Source: Hyalangium minutum
GTDB lineage: Bacteria; Myxococcota; Myxococcia; Myxococcales; Myxococcaceae
Assembly: GCF_000737315.1 (NCBI RefSeq)
Contig: NZ_JMCB01000007.1
Location: forward strand, 310,001-374,000
DNA length: 64,000 nt
Reading direction: 5' to 3'
The notes under the pieces were generated by a model, which did no database searches, was not told the origin of the DNA, and saw only the letters and a program-made list of their open reading frames with translations. Within the stretch, counting starts at the first letter, position 1, and each line of letters opens with the position of its first letter. Positions 28,738-38,676 of this stretch are shown here, in pieces. Both the position numbers and the translations under genes were made by a program.

Positions 28738-28829
28738 CGGCCAGCCCACAGAAGCGGTAGGCAGGTGTCGACGGAGTGCCACCCGGCCGGTTAGGGTGCG
28801 TGCCGCTCCGTGTCGATCCGGGAAAATCT

Positions 28830-29819
28830 GTGAACACGCAAGTCGCGCTCTGGGTGGGCTTCAACCTCTTCGTGATGGCGATGCTCGCCATCGATTTGGG
28901 GCTGTTCCACCGCAAAGAACATGTGGTGTCGCCCAAGGAAGCGGGCGTGTGGACGGGCGTGTGGATCGCCATCAGCCTCCTGTTCTGTGCCGGGGTGTGG
29001 CGCTTCTCGGGCCGAGAGCCCGCACTCCAGTGGCTCACCGCCTACGTCGTCGAGTACTCGCTGTCCGTCGACAACCTCTTCGTCTTCCTGATGGTGTTCG
29101 GCTACTTCCGGGTCGCCCCCGAGCACCAGCACCGGGTGCTCTTCTGGGGCATCATCGGCGCCTTCATCATGCGCGCCGTGCTCATCATCGCGGGCACGGC
29201 GTTGGTGCGTGAGTTCAACTGGCTCATCTACCTGTTCGGCGCCTTCCTCGTTTTCACCGCGGGGAAGATGCTGCTCTCCAAGGAGGATGATGATGCCGCG
29301 GACCCGGAGAAGGGGCTGGTGGTGCGCCTCGCCCGGCGGGTGCTGCCGGTGGCGCCCCAAGGCGATGGCAGCCACTTCTTCGCCAGGGAGGAAGGGCGGC
29401 TGAAGGTGACGCCCCTGTTCCTCGTGCTGCTGGTGGTGGAGGCCACGGACCTGCTGTTCGCCCTGGATTCCATCCCCGCGGTGCTCGGCATCAGCCAGGA
29501 CGCGTTCATCATCTACACCTCCAACGTGTGCGCCATCCTGGGCCTGCGCTCGCTGTTCTTCGTGGTGGCCAGCCTCATGGCCAAGTTCCACCTGATCAAG
29601 GTGGGTCTGGGCGTCATCCTCGGCTTCGTCGGCGTGAAGATGTTGATCACCTACTTCGACATCCACATCCACATCGGACTGTCGCTGGGGATCATCGCCG
29701 GCATCCTCGTGGCCAGCATCGTCGCCTCGCTCATCTGGCCCAAGCCCCCGGAGCCCGAGGAGGCAGGCGCCGCCAAGGCCTCCAAGCCGGGCCAGGACCG
29801 CGAGAGCGCCAAGACGTAA
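28830..29819 (+). CDS. TerC/Alx-family membrane protein
   Basis: EYSLSVDNLFVF, QHRVLFWGI, DLLFALDSIPA, YTSNVCAILGLRSL; GTG start at 28830. Confidence 0.92.
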   Translation: MNTQVALWVGFNLFVMAMLAIDLGLFHRKEHVVSPKEAGVWTGVWIAISLLFCAGVWRFSGREPALQWLTAYVVEYSLSVDNLFVFLMVFGYFRVAPEHQHRVLFWGIIGAFIMRAVLIIAGTALVREFNWLIYLFGAFLVFTAGKMLLSKEDDDAADPEKGLVVRLARRVLPVAPQGDGSHFFAREEGRLKVTPLFLVLLVVEATDLLFALDSIPAVLGISQDAFIIYTSNVCAILGLRSLFFVVASLMAKFHLIKVGLGVILGFVGVKMLITYFDIHIHIGLSLGIIAGILVASIVASLIWPKPPEPEEAGAAKASKPGQDRESAKT

Positions 29820-29897
29820 GCCGCACGGAGGCAGGAGCTGCGCCTTCCGCTGGCGTTTTGCTTGCATCCCGGGGCTTCCCGGCCAATTGTGGTGCAC

Positions 29898-30281
29898 ATG
29901 TCCACGACGACCACCGAGGGCATCCGCATCACCGTGAAGCCGGCCTTCTGGCCGGAGCGCAGTGCTCCGGAGTCCGGCCACTACGCATTCACGTACACGG
30001 TGGAGATCGCCAACACGGGCTCCCAGCCGGCCACCCTGCGCAGCCGGCACTGGGTCATCACCGACGCCAACGGGCGGGTGGAGGAAGTCAAAGGCGAAGG
30101 CGTGGTGGGCAAGCAGCCGAGGCTCGCGCCCGGAGAGCGCTTCGAGTACACGAGCTGGGCCATGCTCCGCACGCCCTTTGGCTCCATGCGCGGCAGCTAC
30201 CAGATGGTGCGGTCCAACGGGCAGCAGTTCGACGCCCGGATCTCCGAGTTCGCTCTCACCCTGCCCAACGCCCTGCACTGA
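29898..30281 (+). CDS. apaG: ApaG protein
   Basis: YAFTYTVEI, LRSRHWVITD, EVKGEGVVGKQP, FEYTS, GSMRGSY. Confidence 0.95.
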   Translation: MSTTTTEGIRITVKPAFWPERSAPESGHYAFTYTVEIANTGSQPATLRSRHWVITDANGRVEEVKGEGVVGKQPRLAPGERFEYTSWAMLRTPFGSMRGSYQMVRSNGQQFDARISEFALTLPNALH

Positions 30282-30285
30282 GCCC

Positions 30286-31344
30286 ATGCCTACGCCGAAG
30301 AAGGGTGTGCTGCTGGTGAACCTGGGCACTCCGGATGCCCCGGAGTCCGGCCCGGTCCGCCGCTACCTGCGCGAGTTCCTCAAGGATCCCCGGGTGGTGG
30401 ACATCCACCCCGTGGGCGCGTGGATGCTGCTCAACCTCGTCATCCTCCCCACCCGCCCGGCCAAGAGCGCCGAGGCCTATCGCAAGGTGTGGATGAAGGA
30501 GGGCTCGCCGCTGCTCGTGCACAGCCGGGCGCTGGAGGCCTCCGTGCGCGAGCGCCTCCGGGGCGAGTACGAGGTAGAGCTCGGCATGCGCTATGGCAAC
30601 CCCTCCATCCCGGCCGCGGTGAAGGCGCTGCGCTCGCGCGGGGTGAAGGAGTTCATCCTCCTGCCGCTCTACCCGCAGGAGGCCGCCTCCTCGACCAGCT
30701 CTTCCCTGGCGCGCGCCTACGAGGTGCTGGCCGAGGAGTGGGACGTGGCGGGCGCGCGCGTGGTGCCCGCCTTCCACGACCACCCGGGCTTTTTGGACGC
30801 GTTCGCCGAGGTGGCCAGGCCCGTCATCGCCGAGGCCCGCGCGGACCACGTCCTCTTCAGCTACCACGGCCTGCCCGAGCGCCACATGCGCAAGAGCGAC
30901 CCGTCCGGACAGCACTGCCTGGCCTCGAAGGGCTGCTGCGACGTGCTGACGGACGTGAACCGCCACTGCTACCGCGCGCAGTGCTTCGCCACCACGCGCG
31001 CCCTGGTTCAGCGGCTGGGCTTGCCACCCGAGGGCTACACCCTTTCCTTCCAGTCGCGCCTGGGCCGCACGCCGTGGATCAAGCCGTACACGGACCTGGT
31101 ACTGCCGGAGCTGGCCCAGCGCGGCGTGAAGCGGCTGGCGGTGATGTGCCCGGCCTTTGTCGCGGACTGCCTCGAGACGCTCGAGGAGGTGGGCCTGCGC
31201 GCCAACGAGCAGTTCCGGGAGTGCGGCGGTGAGTCGCTCACGCTCGTCCCGTCGCTGAACTCCCACCCGGCCTGGGTGGATGCCGTGGTCCGCATGGTGC
31301 GCGAGGCGGATGGCGCCGCGCCGCGGACCCCTCCCGCTCCCTGA
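30286..31344 (+). CDS. hemH: Ferrochelatase
   Basis: GVLLVNLGTP, LLPLYPQ, LFSYHGLP, FQSRLG, PWIKPYT, FVADCLETLEE. Confidence 0.95.
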   Translation: MPTPKKGVLLVNLGTPDAPESGPVRRYLREFLKDPRVVDIHPVGAWMLLNLVILPTRPAKSAEAYRKVWMKEGSPLLVHSRALEASVRERLRGEYEVELGMRYGNPSIPAAVKALRSRGVKEFILLPLYPQEAASSTSSSLARAYEVLAEEWDVAGARVVPAFHDHPGFLDAFAEVARPVIAEARADHVLFSYHGLPERHMRKSDPSGQHCLASKGCCDVLTDVNRHCYRAQCFATTRALVQRLGLPPEGYTLSFQSRLGRTPWIKPYTDLVLPELAQRGVKRLAVMCPAFVADCLETLEEVGLRANEQFRECGGESLTLVPSLNSHPAWVDAVVRMVREADGAAPRTPPAP

Positions 31345-31443
31345 AAACGAACCGGGCACCGGACTCCTGAAGAGCCCGATGCCCGGCGTGTCACTTCACT
31401 CCCGTGGCTGCGCCCGGGTCACCCCAGGCGCGCACCTGTGTCA

Positions 31444-33702
31444 TTACGGGTAGTACGGAGGGTACTCGGAGGAGCCGCCCGTATCCTCACCCGGAGCGCC
31501 CGGATCCTCGCCAGGAGCACCCGGATCGGACGGGCCGCCCGGATCGGACGGGCCGCCCGGATCGGACGGGCCGCCCGGATCGGACGGGCCGCCCGGGTCG
31601 GACGGGCCACCCGGATCAGTCGGGCCACCCGGATCGGTCGGGCCGCCCGGATCAGTCGGGCCACCCGGATCGGTCGGGCCGCCCGGATCAGTCGGGCCAC
31701 CCGGGTCGGTCGGGCCACCCGGATCAGTCGGGCCACCCGGGTCGGTCGGGCCACCCGGATCCGAGCCGTCCAGGCAGATCTCGAACTCGTTCAGCGCGTT
31801 GATGTGGCCCTCGGCGTCACCCGTCAGCGACTGGGCGTAGATGCCGCCATCCCAGCTGCCGTTGTAGAAGGTGATGTGGGCGTAGGGCGCCAGCACCGTC
31901 CCGAACACGCCGAAGCCCTGCAGGTTGATGCTCGTGGTGGTCACGAAGTTGTAGAGCACCCCGTGCTGATCAATGCCGCCGCTGAAGCTGATGCCGAAGC
32001 CCTGGAAGGTGGCCGAGTTGCCGCGGATGTTCACCACCGCCAGCGAGCCAGCCGGCGCGTCGATGTTGAACACCACCGCCCCCGTGAAGGCGCTGCCGTC
32101 CACCTCGAACACGTTCAGCTCCGGATCCGTGCCGTTCAGGTACAGGCCGCCCCACACCTCGCGCCGCGTCGTGCCGTTGGCCGGAATCAGCCCCAGCCGC
32201 TCAGACAGCTGCTGCAGGTAGGCCTCGTGCTCCACGAAGTCGATGGGCTCGCCCTGCGCCAGCGTGCCGCGGGGGAACGTCACCGTGCCACCCGCCGTGG
32301 TGCTGCCGCCGTAGAAGGCGTCGCCGAAGACGGCGCCGTGGCTGATGTCCAGCGTGCCACCGGCCACCAGCACGTTCTGGGTGTCGCTCGGATTGAGGCC
32401 CGAGCCCACCGCGAAGCCGTGCATGGAGATGTTGCCGCGCGCCGCCACCTTGCCCACCACGTCATGGCCGCCCGAGTAGTTCTCCAGCAGGAACAGGTTG
32501 TAGTCGTTCAGGTGCACGGAGATGCACTCGGCCGGAGGAGGAGGCTCCTCGGTGATGTTGATGGTGTGCGTGCGCGGGGCCTCCACGTTGCCGGCCACGT
32601 CCGTCGCGTAGAAGGTGATCGTCGTCACTCCCAGGTTGCTGATGACGGGCAGGATGGCCGCCGAGCCCGACACCGTCTCGCCGCCCGTGGTCGCGCCGCT
32701 GAGCACGTAGGTGATGCTCGCTACGCCCGACTCGGTGTCCGTCGCGGTGATGACGCCGTTGACCGGACCGTGGTTCTCGCCGTTGGCATCAGGCCCCGGG
32801 GACACCGTCAGCGTGCTCACCGGGGGCGCGATGTCCGGGCGGCCGTTGCGCACGTTGAAGATGTAGCGGCCCGGGATGGTGCTGTTGCGGCTGCCGTGGA
32901 TCAGGCCCGTCTCGCTGTTGCTGTCCAGCAGGGCGCCGTTCACCAGCGAGCCCGGGAACTGGAAGAAGTTGGCCGCGTCACCCGTGCCCGCGGAGAAGCC
33001 CGCGCCGGCCGAGGTGCCACCGAAGCCGTTGCGGCCACCGCTCGCGTCACCGGCCTCCCAGAGGATGCGCGAGTAGTTCAGGATGATGTCGAAGTTGCCG
33101 GCGCCCGTGTCGCTGCGGTCCACCAGGAGCAACTGGAAGGTGTTGCGCTTGTCGGCGTGGCGAGACCAGTAGCCCACGTCCACCCAGCTCACGCAGAAGG
33201 CCCGGTGGCCCTCGAAGCTGAACGCGCCCTGCGAGAACGTGGTGAGCCCCGACACCGGGCCCGAGCCCGCGTAGCGCGTGTCCACGTCCGCGAAGAACGG
33301 CGCGATGATGGGAGGCGTGTTGGCCCCCAGCACGAACGGGGTGTACGTCGGCATCCGCGCGTTGAACGTCACGTTGCCGTTGTTGTTGATGAAGAACTGC
33401 GAATACGTGTTGCCGAAGAAGTTCAGCTGGAATGGCAGCGAGATGACGTCGGTGGAGCTGTCATCATTGGCGGGCAGCGACAAAGCAAAGCACTCGTCGT
33501 CCCAGACGATGGCGCTCGAGGCCAGCGTCGACAACTCAGAGCGGCGGCTCTTGAGCTCCGCGCGAGCCCTGGCGTCGTTGAGGACACTGGCGACAGTCGC
33601 GGGTTCTCTCTGTTCCCGCTTTTGCTGTGCTGCTGCGTCATCCTGCGTGCCGCAGGCGGTGGTTATGAGCACCGCCAGCAAGCCGATCAACAATCTCTTC
33701 AC
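31444..33702 (-). CDS. Surface lipoprotein: nidogen-like domain + Ig-like module + choice-of-anchor A domain + Pro/Gly-rich repeat tail
   Basis: GTG start after GGAGGAGG; lipobox LITTAC; [28 protein letters not shown] and NTFQLLL (NIDO-like); [24 protein letters not shown] (choice-of-anchor A-like); DPGGP[TS] tail. Confidence 0.85.
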   Translation of the reverse strand: MKRLLIGLLAVLITTACGTQDDAAAQQKREQREPATVASVLNDARARAELKSRRSELSTLASSAIVWDDECFALSLPANDDSSTDVISLPFQLNFFGNTYSQFFINNNGNVTFNARMPTYTPFVLGANTPPIIAPFFADVDTRYAGSGPVSGLTTFSQGAFSFEGHRAFCVSWVDVGYWSRHADKRNTFQLLLVDRSDTGAGNFDIILNYSRILWEAGDASGGRNGFGGTSAGAGFSAGTGDAANFFQFPGSLVNGALLDSNSETGLIHGSRNSTIPGRYIFNVRNGRPDIAPPVSTLTVSPGPDANGENHGPVNGVITATDTESGVASITYVLSGATTGGETVSGSAAILPVISNLGVTTITFYATDVAGNVEAPRTHTINITEEPPPPAECISVHLNDYNLFLLENYSGGHDVVGKVAARGNISMHGFAVGSGLNPSDTQNVLVAGGTLDISHGAVFGDAFYGGSTTAGGTVTFPRGTLAQGEPIDFVEHEAYLQQLSERLGLIPANGTTRREVWGGLYLNGTDPELNVFEVDGSAFTGAVVFNIDAPAGSLAVVNIRGNSATFQGFGISFSGGIDQHGVLYNFVTTTSINLQGFGVFGTVLAPYAHITFYNGSWDGGIYAQSLTGDAEGHINALNEFEICLDGSDPGGPTDPGGPTDPGGPTDPGGPTDPGGPTDPGGPTDPGGPTDPGGPTDPGGPSDPGGPSDPGGPSDPGGPSDPGGPSDPGAPGEDPGAPGEDTGGSSEYPPYYP
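31522..31755 (-). repeat. 18-bp coding tandem repeat, 13 units (GGP[T/S]DP)
   Basis: Plus-strand unit CGGRTCRGWCGGGCCRCC; 8 Thr-type units followed (in coding direction) by 5 Ser-type units. Confidence 0.93.
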
Positions 33703-33827
33703 GGACTTCCTCCTCCCGAATAGGCCCTGCAAGAGAGCAAACGAGCCCAACCGCTTTCTTTGCAGGGCGAGCGCAGTCTACGCTTGTGGTTCGGTGATGT
33801 TAAACAATAACAATCACACTGTTAAAT

Positions 33828-36530
33828 CTAGGGAACCCCGAGTGATGCCGGGCCAACGGCCCAGTCCGCCGCACGGTGTGTGTCTGTAGGGCCGACACGC
33901 CGAGACGTCGTACTCCGGTCGGTGGAGACGTTGTCCCAGCTGGCAGAGACTTCAATGGCTGTAGGTGAGGTGCTGTAGGTGCATGGAGCGCCCCCGCAGT
34001 TGGCCGGCAGCCACTGGTTGACGGACTGCAGCTCCTGGAGCAGGGGCGGGAAGGTCTCCGTGGTGACGGAGGGCCGGGCGAAGGCCACCGCGTCCTGGGT
34101 CGCTCCCTGGGCATTGTTCACGAGGACGACGCTGTTGGTGTTGTAGAGGAAGCCCAGCGTGCCGCCGTGGATGTCCCAGGCGTTGTCGTAGTTGGAGGCG
34201 TATGTCGCGCTGCGGAACTGCGTCTTGCTCGACGTCTCCGAGCTGGGGGCATCGAAGCCCGAGTTGGTGTCCGGGTTGAAGTGGACGACGATGATGTCAC
34301 CGGTGGCCACGGCGACAGCGGGCAGGGCGGTCAGCGTGGTGGTGTCCCGCACGATGGTGAAGTTGGAGATGTTGCCGCCCTGCACCACGTACAGCTCGAG
34401 CAAGTCCCGGCCCGAGGCGACGTTGGGGGCGATCTCGTTGATGCGCAGCACAGCGGGGGCCTGGAAGCCGCCGAAGGTGGCCGTCCGGCCGGTGGCGTCC
34501 ATGCCGCTGCCCAGGGTGTCGCGGATACTGGTGGCCAGCGTCACCGTGTAGCTCTGCCCGTTGGTCTGGGTGGAAGTCGTCAGCAGAATGTCGCGATCCT
34601 GGACGCTGGCGGCCGAGGCCGTCAGGCCGTTGGTGAAGGTGAACTGGCTGCCATTGGCCTGCACGCTGGTCGGATCAATGCGCCGGTCCAGGTGGATGAC
34701 GACGCCCGTGGTGCCGCTGCTGGCCGCGCTCAGCACGGTGGGGGCCGGGCAGGTGTGGACGGTGAAATCGCTGTTCACCCAACCGGAGGCCTGGGCCTGG
34801 GCGCCATTGCGCCACAGCGGGGCGCGGGCGGTGACGTTGCAGCCCTTGCTCACGTCGAGCGTGTCTTGCACGAGGGTGGGCAGACGAAGCTGGAGGTTGC
34901 TGTTGCTGGCCGAGCCGGAGGTAGACAGGGTGGAGGCCACGTACCCCGAGCCGGACGGCGAGAGGGTGTCCAGCAGCGTGCCGGTGATGGAGATGAGCTC
35001 GCTCTCGTAGCTGGCCACGGCGGGAGCCAGGTCCACGGAAGTCACGTTGGCGCGCAGCGGCCCCACGGGCTCGCTGGTGCCGTTGCGGAGGTAGTTGGTG
35101 ATGGCCGTCACGTGCACCATGCCGTTCACGGTGGCCTTCTGCGTGGCCAGCAGCGTCACGCGATCCCCGGCCACGGGCACAGGGTTGATGCTGGAGGGAG
35201 ACACCGCGACGAAGAGGGCGGGGCCCGACGGCTCGGCCTGGAGGAAGAACCCCGGGGAGTCCCCTCCGATGGAGGGCTTCACGTAGGTGATGAGCGCCAG
35301 GTCGATCTGCTGGTTCACCGCGCCATCCGCCGCGGCGCGCACGGCGGCGATCTGCGCGGAGATGGAGGCGGGCGTGCGGCCGATGAAGTACGAGGCGTTC
35401 TGCACGGGCTCGGCGTTGTTCCGCGCGTCCACCGAGAAGAACTTCAGCACCGTGTTGGCGCTGATGGCGATGGGGTTCGTGTAGCGGGGCGAGGACGTCG
35501 TGGGCGTGCTGCCATTCGTCGTGTAGTAGGTGTCCGTGCAGCCCGCGCCGCCCGTGCCGTCATCGCAGGTGAGCGTCACGTTCTGCGCCGAGGCATACAC
35601 TCCACCGGCCGGGCTCGCCGTGGTGATGGGCGGCGCGACGTCCGCAGTGAAGGTGTACGACTCGCTCTTCGCGGACTCGGAGTTGCCCAGCCGGTCCACC
35701 GAGAAGAACCTCAGCGTCGTGGGCCGGTTGATGAAGATGGCGCCGGAGTACACGGTGGAGCTCCGCGTCGGCGTGCTGCCATCCGTCGTGTAGTAGGTGG
35801 CCTGGCAGCCGGAGCCCCCCCCGTCATCGCAGGTGAGTGTCACGTTCTGGGCTGTGCCGTAGGCGCCGCCCGCGGGGCTCGCGGCCGTGGTGGGCGCCAC
35901 CGTGTCGATGACGTACGTCTCGGTCACCACCGATGAGGGCCGGCCCTGCGCATCGATGCCGATGAACTTCAGCGTGGTGTTCGCGCTCACCAGGATGGCT
36001 GTCGAGTAGGCCGGGGAGGACGCGGAGGGCGAGAGGCCGTCCGTTGTGTAGTGGATGGAGGCACAGGCTTCGCCAGTGCTGGAACTGCACGTGAGCGTCA
36101 CCGTCTGGGCCGAGCCATAGTTGCCGCCCCGAGGCGACGCCGTCAGCGTGAGCGTGGAGGCGGCGCCGAAGAGGTACTCCTCCGTCTTCACCGCCTCGGC
36201 GTTGCCCGCAGTGTCCACCGAGAAAAACTTCAGCGTCGTGGTGGCCGACACGAAGAGGGGCGTGCTGTAGCGCGGCGAGGCCTGCGTGGGCGTGGAGCCG
36301 TCCGTGGTGTAGTGCGTCTCCGCGCAGCCACCGCCATTGCCGTCATCACAGATCAGCGACACGGAGACGGGCGTGGTGAAGGTGCCACCCGTGGGGTCGG
36401 CCCGGGTGACGGGAGGGGTCGTATCCTCCTCGGGAGTGGGGGGCTTCGAGCCGCCGCCACACGCGCTTGCCAGATGGAGAACAAGCAGCGGCAGGACGAA
36501 CCGGGAGTACGCAGCGGGGTGCAGCGCCAT
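33828..36530 (-). CDS. Lipoprotein with four chitobiase/Fn3-associated-type repeats, an Ig-like (SbsA-type) domain and a lamin-tail-like domain
   Basis: Lipobox LASAC; four T.ASP.GG.Y...Q.VTLTC...YYTTDGSTPT..S..Y...I....TLKFFSVD repeats; LRINEIAPN...DLLELYV at the C-terminal domain. Confidence 0.82.
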   Translation of the reverse strand: MALHPAAYSRFVLPLLVLHLASACGGGSKPPTPEEDTTPPVTRADPTGGTFTTPVSVSLICDDGNGGGCAETHYTTDGSTPTQASPRYSTPLFVSATTTLKFFSVDTAGNAEAVKTEEYLFGAASTLTLTASPRGGNYGSAQTVTLTCSSSTGEACASIHYTTDGLSPSASSPAYSTAILVSANTTLKFIGIDAQGRPSSVVTETYVIDTVAPTTAASPAGGAYGTAQNVTLTCDDGGGSGCQATYYTTDGSTPTRSSTVYSGAIFINRPTTLRFFSVDRLGNSESAKSESYTFTADVAPPITTASPAGGVYASAQNVTLTCDDGTGGAGCTDTYYTTNGSTPTTSSPRYTNPIAISANTVLKFFSVDARNNAEPVQNASYFIGRTPASISAQIAAVRAAADGAVNQQIDLALITYVKPSIGGDSPGFFLQAEPSGPALFVAVSPSSINPVPVAGDRVTLLATQKATVNGMVHVTAITNYLRNGTSEPVGPLRANVTSVDLAPAVASYESELISITGTLLDTLSPSGSGYVASTLSTSGSASNSNLQLRLPTLVQDTLDVSKGCNVTARAPLWRNGAQAQASGWVNSDFTVHTCPAPTVLSAASSGTTGVVIHLDRRIDPTSVQANGSQFTFTNGLTASAASVQDRDILLTTSTQTNGQSYTVTLATSIRDTLGSGMDATGRTATFGGFQAPAVLRINEIAPNVASGRDLLELYVVQGGNISNFTIVRDTTTLTALPAVAVATGDIIVVHFNPDTNSGFDAPSSETSSKTQFRSATYASNYDNAWDIHGGTLGFLYNTNSVVLVNNAQGATQDAVAFARPSVTTETFPPLLQELQSVNQWLPANCGGAPCTYSTSPTAIEVSASWDNVSTDRSTTSRRVGPTDTHRAADWAVGPASLGVP

Positions 36531-36650
36531 ATAAAGAAGGCCCTCACGAAGAAGAGAGGGCCGGAGAGTGGCATCGGCGCGCGCCCTGCGGCAAGGAGCC
36601 ACGGGGGGCGGGTGTTCTCCTCGGACAGGAGGAGAACAGGGCCGCGTGTA

Positions 36651-37622
36651 CTACCTCTTCGCCTCGGGCGCCTGGAGCTCTGCGGGCACCGAGTCCAGCG
36701 CGGTGAGCTGCAGCTTGAGCGTGCCCGGGGGCACGTGCGCCAGGGACTTGCCCGGCGCCGGCGAGGAGCCCGCCGTCTTCGCGGCCAGCGTGCCCTGCCA
36801 GGAGCGCCACTTGCCCGCCTTCACCAGGAACTCGCCGGTGCCCTTGAAGCTCACCTCGGCGGTGACCTCGATGGCCTTGGGCTTCTCGTTGTGGTGGTCA
36901 TCCGCGGGCGGCTTCTTGCCTTTGCCCTTGTTCTTGCCCTTGTCCGGGGCCGCCTTCACGGGCACCGTCTCTCCCGTAGCCGTGGCCGTGGCCGCGCCAG
37001 GCGGGAAGAAGCCTGTCACCGTCTCGAAGAGATCGTACTGAATCGTCGCCACCTTGTCGTCGCCCTCCGGGGTGAGCGACGCGAGCTTCACGGTGTTGCG
37101 CCGATCCGACTTCTTCGCGCTGAAGCCCATGCCGAGCGGCTCGGGGTTCACGAAGTCCGCGCCCAGCGCCCACGTGTCACCCACGCCCACCGGATCCTTG
37201 GGCAGCTCCAGCAGCAGCGTGGCGAGGTTCCGGTCCACGTCGCCCAGCCCGTCCAGGATGAAGCCGCGCTCGCTGAAGGTGCCCTGTTCCACGGCCTCCT
37301 TCGAGGACTCCCGGGCGATGCGCACCACGTTGTCCCCCTTCTCAGGGTGCACCAGCGCGTAGGTGACCTTCAACGCGCTGGCACCGTCCTCCGGCGAGCC
37401 CTCCAGGCGGAAGGCCACGGGCGCGCCCGTGGCGAGCTTCCAGCGCAGCACCACTTTGTTGGGATCCGGGGCCGGCTGCGGGGCCTTCTTGGGCTCCTCG
37501 GGCTTGGGCGGCTCCACGTAGCCCGGCGGGCGGGGAATGGGCTCCAGTTGGCCGGGCGGCTTGTCACCGCAGGCGGACAGGGCACCGAGGAGGACGACGA
37601 GGCTCAGCAGACATCGCTTCAA
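36651..37622 (-). CDS. Hypothetical lipoprotein
   Basis: TTG start with a CAGGAG ribosome-binding site; lipobox ALSAC; Pro-rich linker; no family recognised. Confidence 0.75.
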   Translation of the reverse strand: MKRCLLSLVVLLGALSACGDKPPGQLEPIPRPPGYVEPPKPEEPKKAPQPAPDPNKVVLRWKLATGAPVAFRLEGSPEDGASALKVTYALVHPEKGDNVVRIARESSKEAVEQGTFSERGFILDGLGDVDRNLATLLLELPKDPVGVGDTWALGADFVNPEPLGMGFSAKKSDRRNTVKLASLTPEGDDKVATIQYDLFETVTGFFPPGAATATATGETVPVKAAPDKGKNKGKGKKPPADDHHNEKPKAIEVTAEVSFKGTGEFLVKAGKWRSWQGTLAAKTAGSSPAPGKSLAHVPPGTLKLQLTALDSVPAELQAPEAKR

Positions 37623-37677
37623 AGGGGCACGCTCCTGACAGGAAGCAAGGCGGGGATATCGGAGAGTGCGTGGCGCT

Positions 37678-38649
37678 TCAAGAGTCCCCGGGACGAGGTG
37701 CGGCGGCCCGCGAGAGCCGGTCCCTCACCGCCACGCCCAGGCCCTGTGCCGGAGGCAGACAGGCCAGGAGCACATCCAGGCCCGCCCCATCCGCCTCGCG
37801 CAGGCGCAGGTAGAGGAGGCGGGCGGCTCCAGCGGGCTCTTCGGGCACGTCGAAGCGCTGCAGCTCGCTGGGCAGGGCCAGGCTCCGAGGGCCGAGCACC
37901 CCTACCCGCCGTCCTTGGAGGCGCAAGGTTTCGGCCCGGGACGCAGCCTGAGCAGGCTCCACCAGCTCCACACCCACACGGGGGGCATAGTGGGACTCCA
38001 GCGAGCCGGAGACGCGCACGGTTGACGCGGTGCGTACAGGGACGGGGCGCCCGAGCACGCGCTCCAGCTCCTCGGCGGCGAGGCCCCCGGGGCGGAGGAT
38101 GGAGGGCTCGTCCGAGCTCAGGTCCACGATGGTGGACTCGACGCCCACGGTGCAGGGGCCTCCATCGAGGAGGAGGTCCACGTCGCCGCCCAGGTCCTGG
38201 CGCACATGCTCGGCGGTGGTGGGGCTGACGCGGCCGAAGCGGTTGGCGCTGGGAGCGGCCAGGCCTCCTCCGAGCGCCCGGAGCACCGCGAGCGCCACCG
38301 GGTGGTTCGGCACGCGCACGGCGACGGTGTCCTGGCCCCCAGTGACGGCGTCGGTGGCGCGAGCGGTGCGCTTCAGCACCAGGGTGAGCGGGCCGGGCCA
38401 GAAGGCAGCGGCCAGGCGGTGGGCCTCATCGGGGACGGGGCTGGCCCATTCGGACAGGGCAGCGGCGTCCGGCAGGTGGACGATGAGCGGGTGGGTGGAG
38501 GGCCGGCCCTTGATGGCGAAGATGCGGCGCACGGCCAGCTCATCCTCGGCGTTGGCGGCCAGGCCATACACCGTCTCCGTGGGCAGGGCGATGACCCCGC
38601 CCCGCCGCAGGATTTCCACTGCGCGATCAATGAGCTCCGGGGTAAGCAT
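37678..38649 (-). CDS. sua5: L-threonylcarbamoyladenylate synthase (Sua5 type)
   Basis: ALPTETVYGLAA, IFAIKGRP..HPLIVH, FWPGPLT, APSANRFG, GVESTIVD, ILRPG, and a C-terminal SUA5 domain (SHYAP). Confidence 0.93.
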   Translation of the reverse strand: MLTPELIDRAVEILRRGGVIALPTETVYGLAANAEDELAVRRIFAIKGRPSTHPLIVHLPDAAALSEWASPVPDEAHRLAAAFWPGPLTLVLKRTARATDAVTGGQDTVAVRVPNHPVALAVLRALGGGLAAPSANRFGRVSPTTAEHVRQDLGGDVDLLLDGGPCTVGVESTIVDLSSDEPSILRPGGLAAEELERVLGRPVPVRTASTVRVSGSLESHYAPRVGVELVEPAQAASRAETLRLQGRRVGVLGPRSLALPSELQRFDVPEEPAGAARLLYLRLREADGAGLDVLLACLPPAQGLGVAVRDRLSRAAAPRPGDS

Positions 38650-38676
38650 GCGCAGCCTCACTGTCGCGGAGGGGTT

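Noticed and set aside
28738-28829. yybP-ykoY manganese riboswitch upstream of terC
   Set aside because: The conserved GGGGAGUAGC-type core is not visible; kept only as an unexplained hairpin.
31522-31755. Tandem repeat considered as a CRISPR array
   Set aside because: Units are contiguous 18-mers with no unique spacers, are in frame within a CDS, and no cas genes are present.
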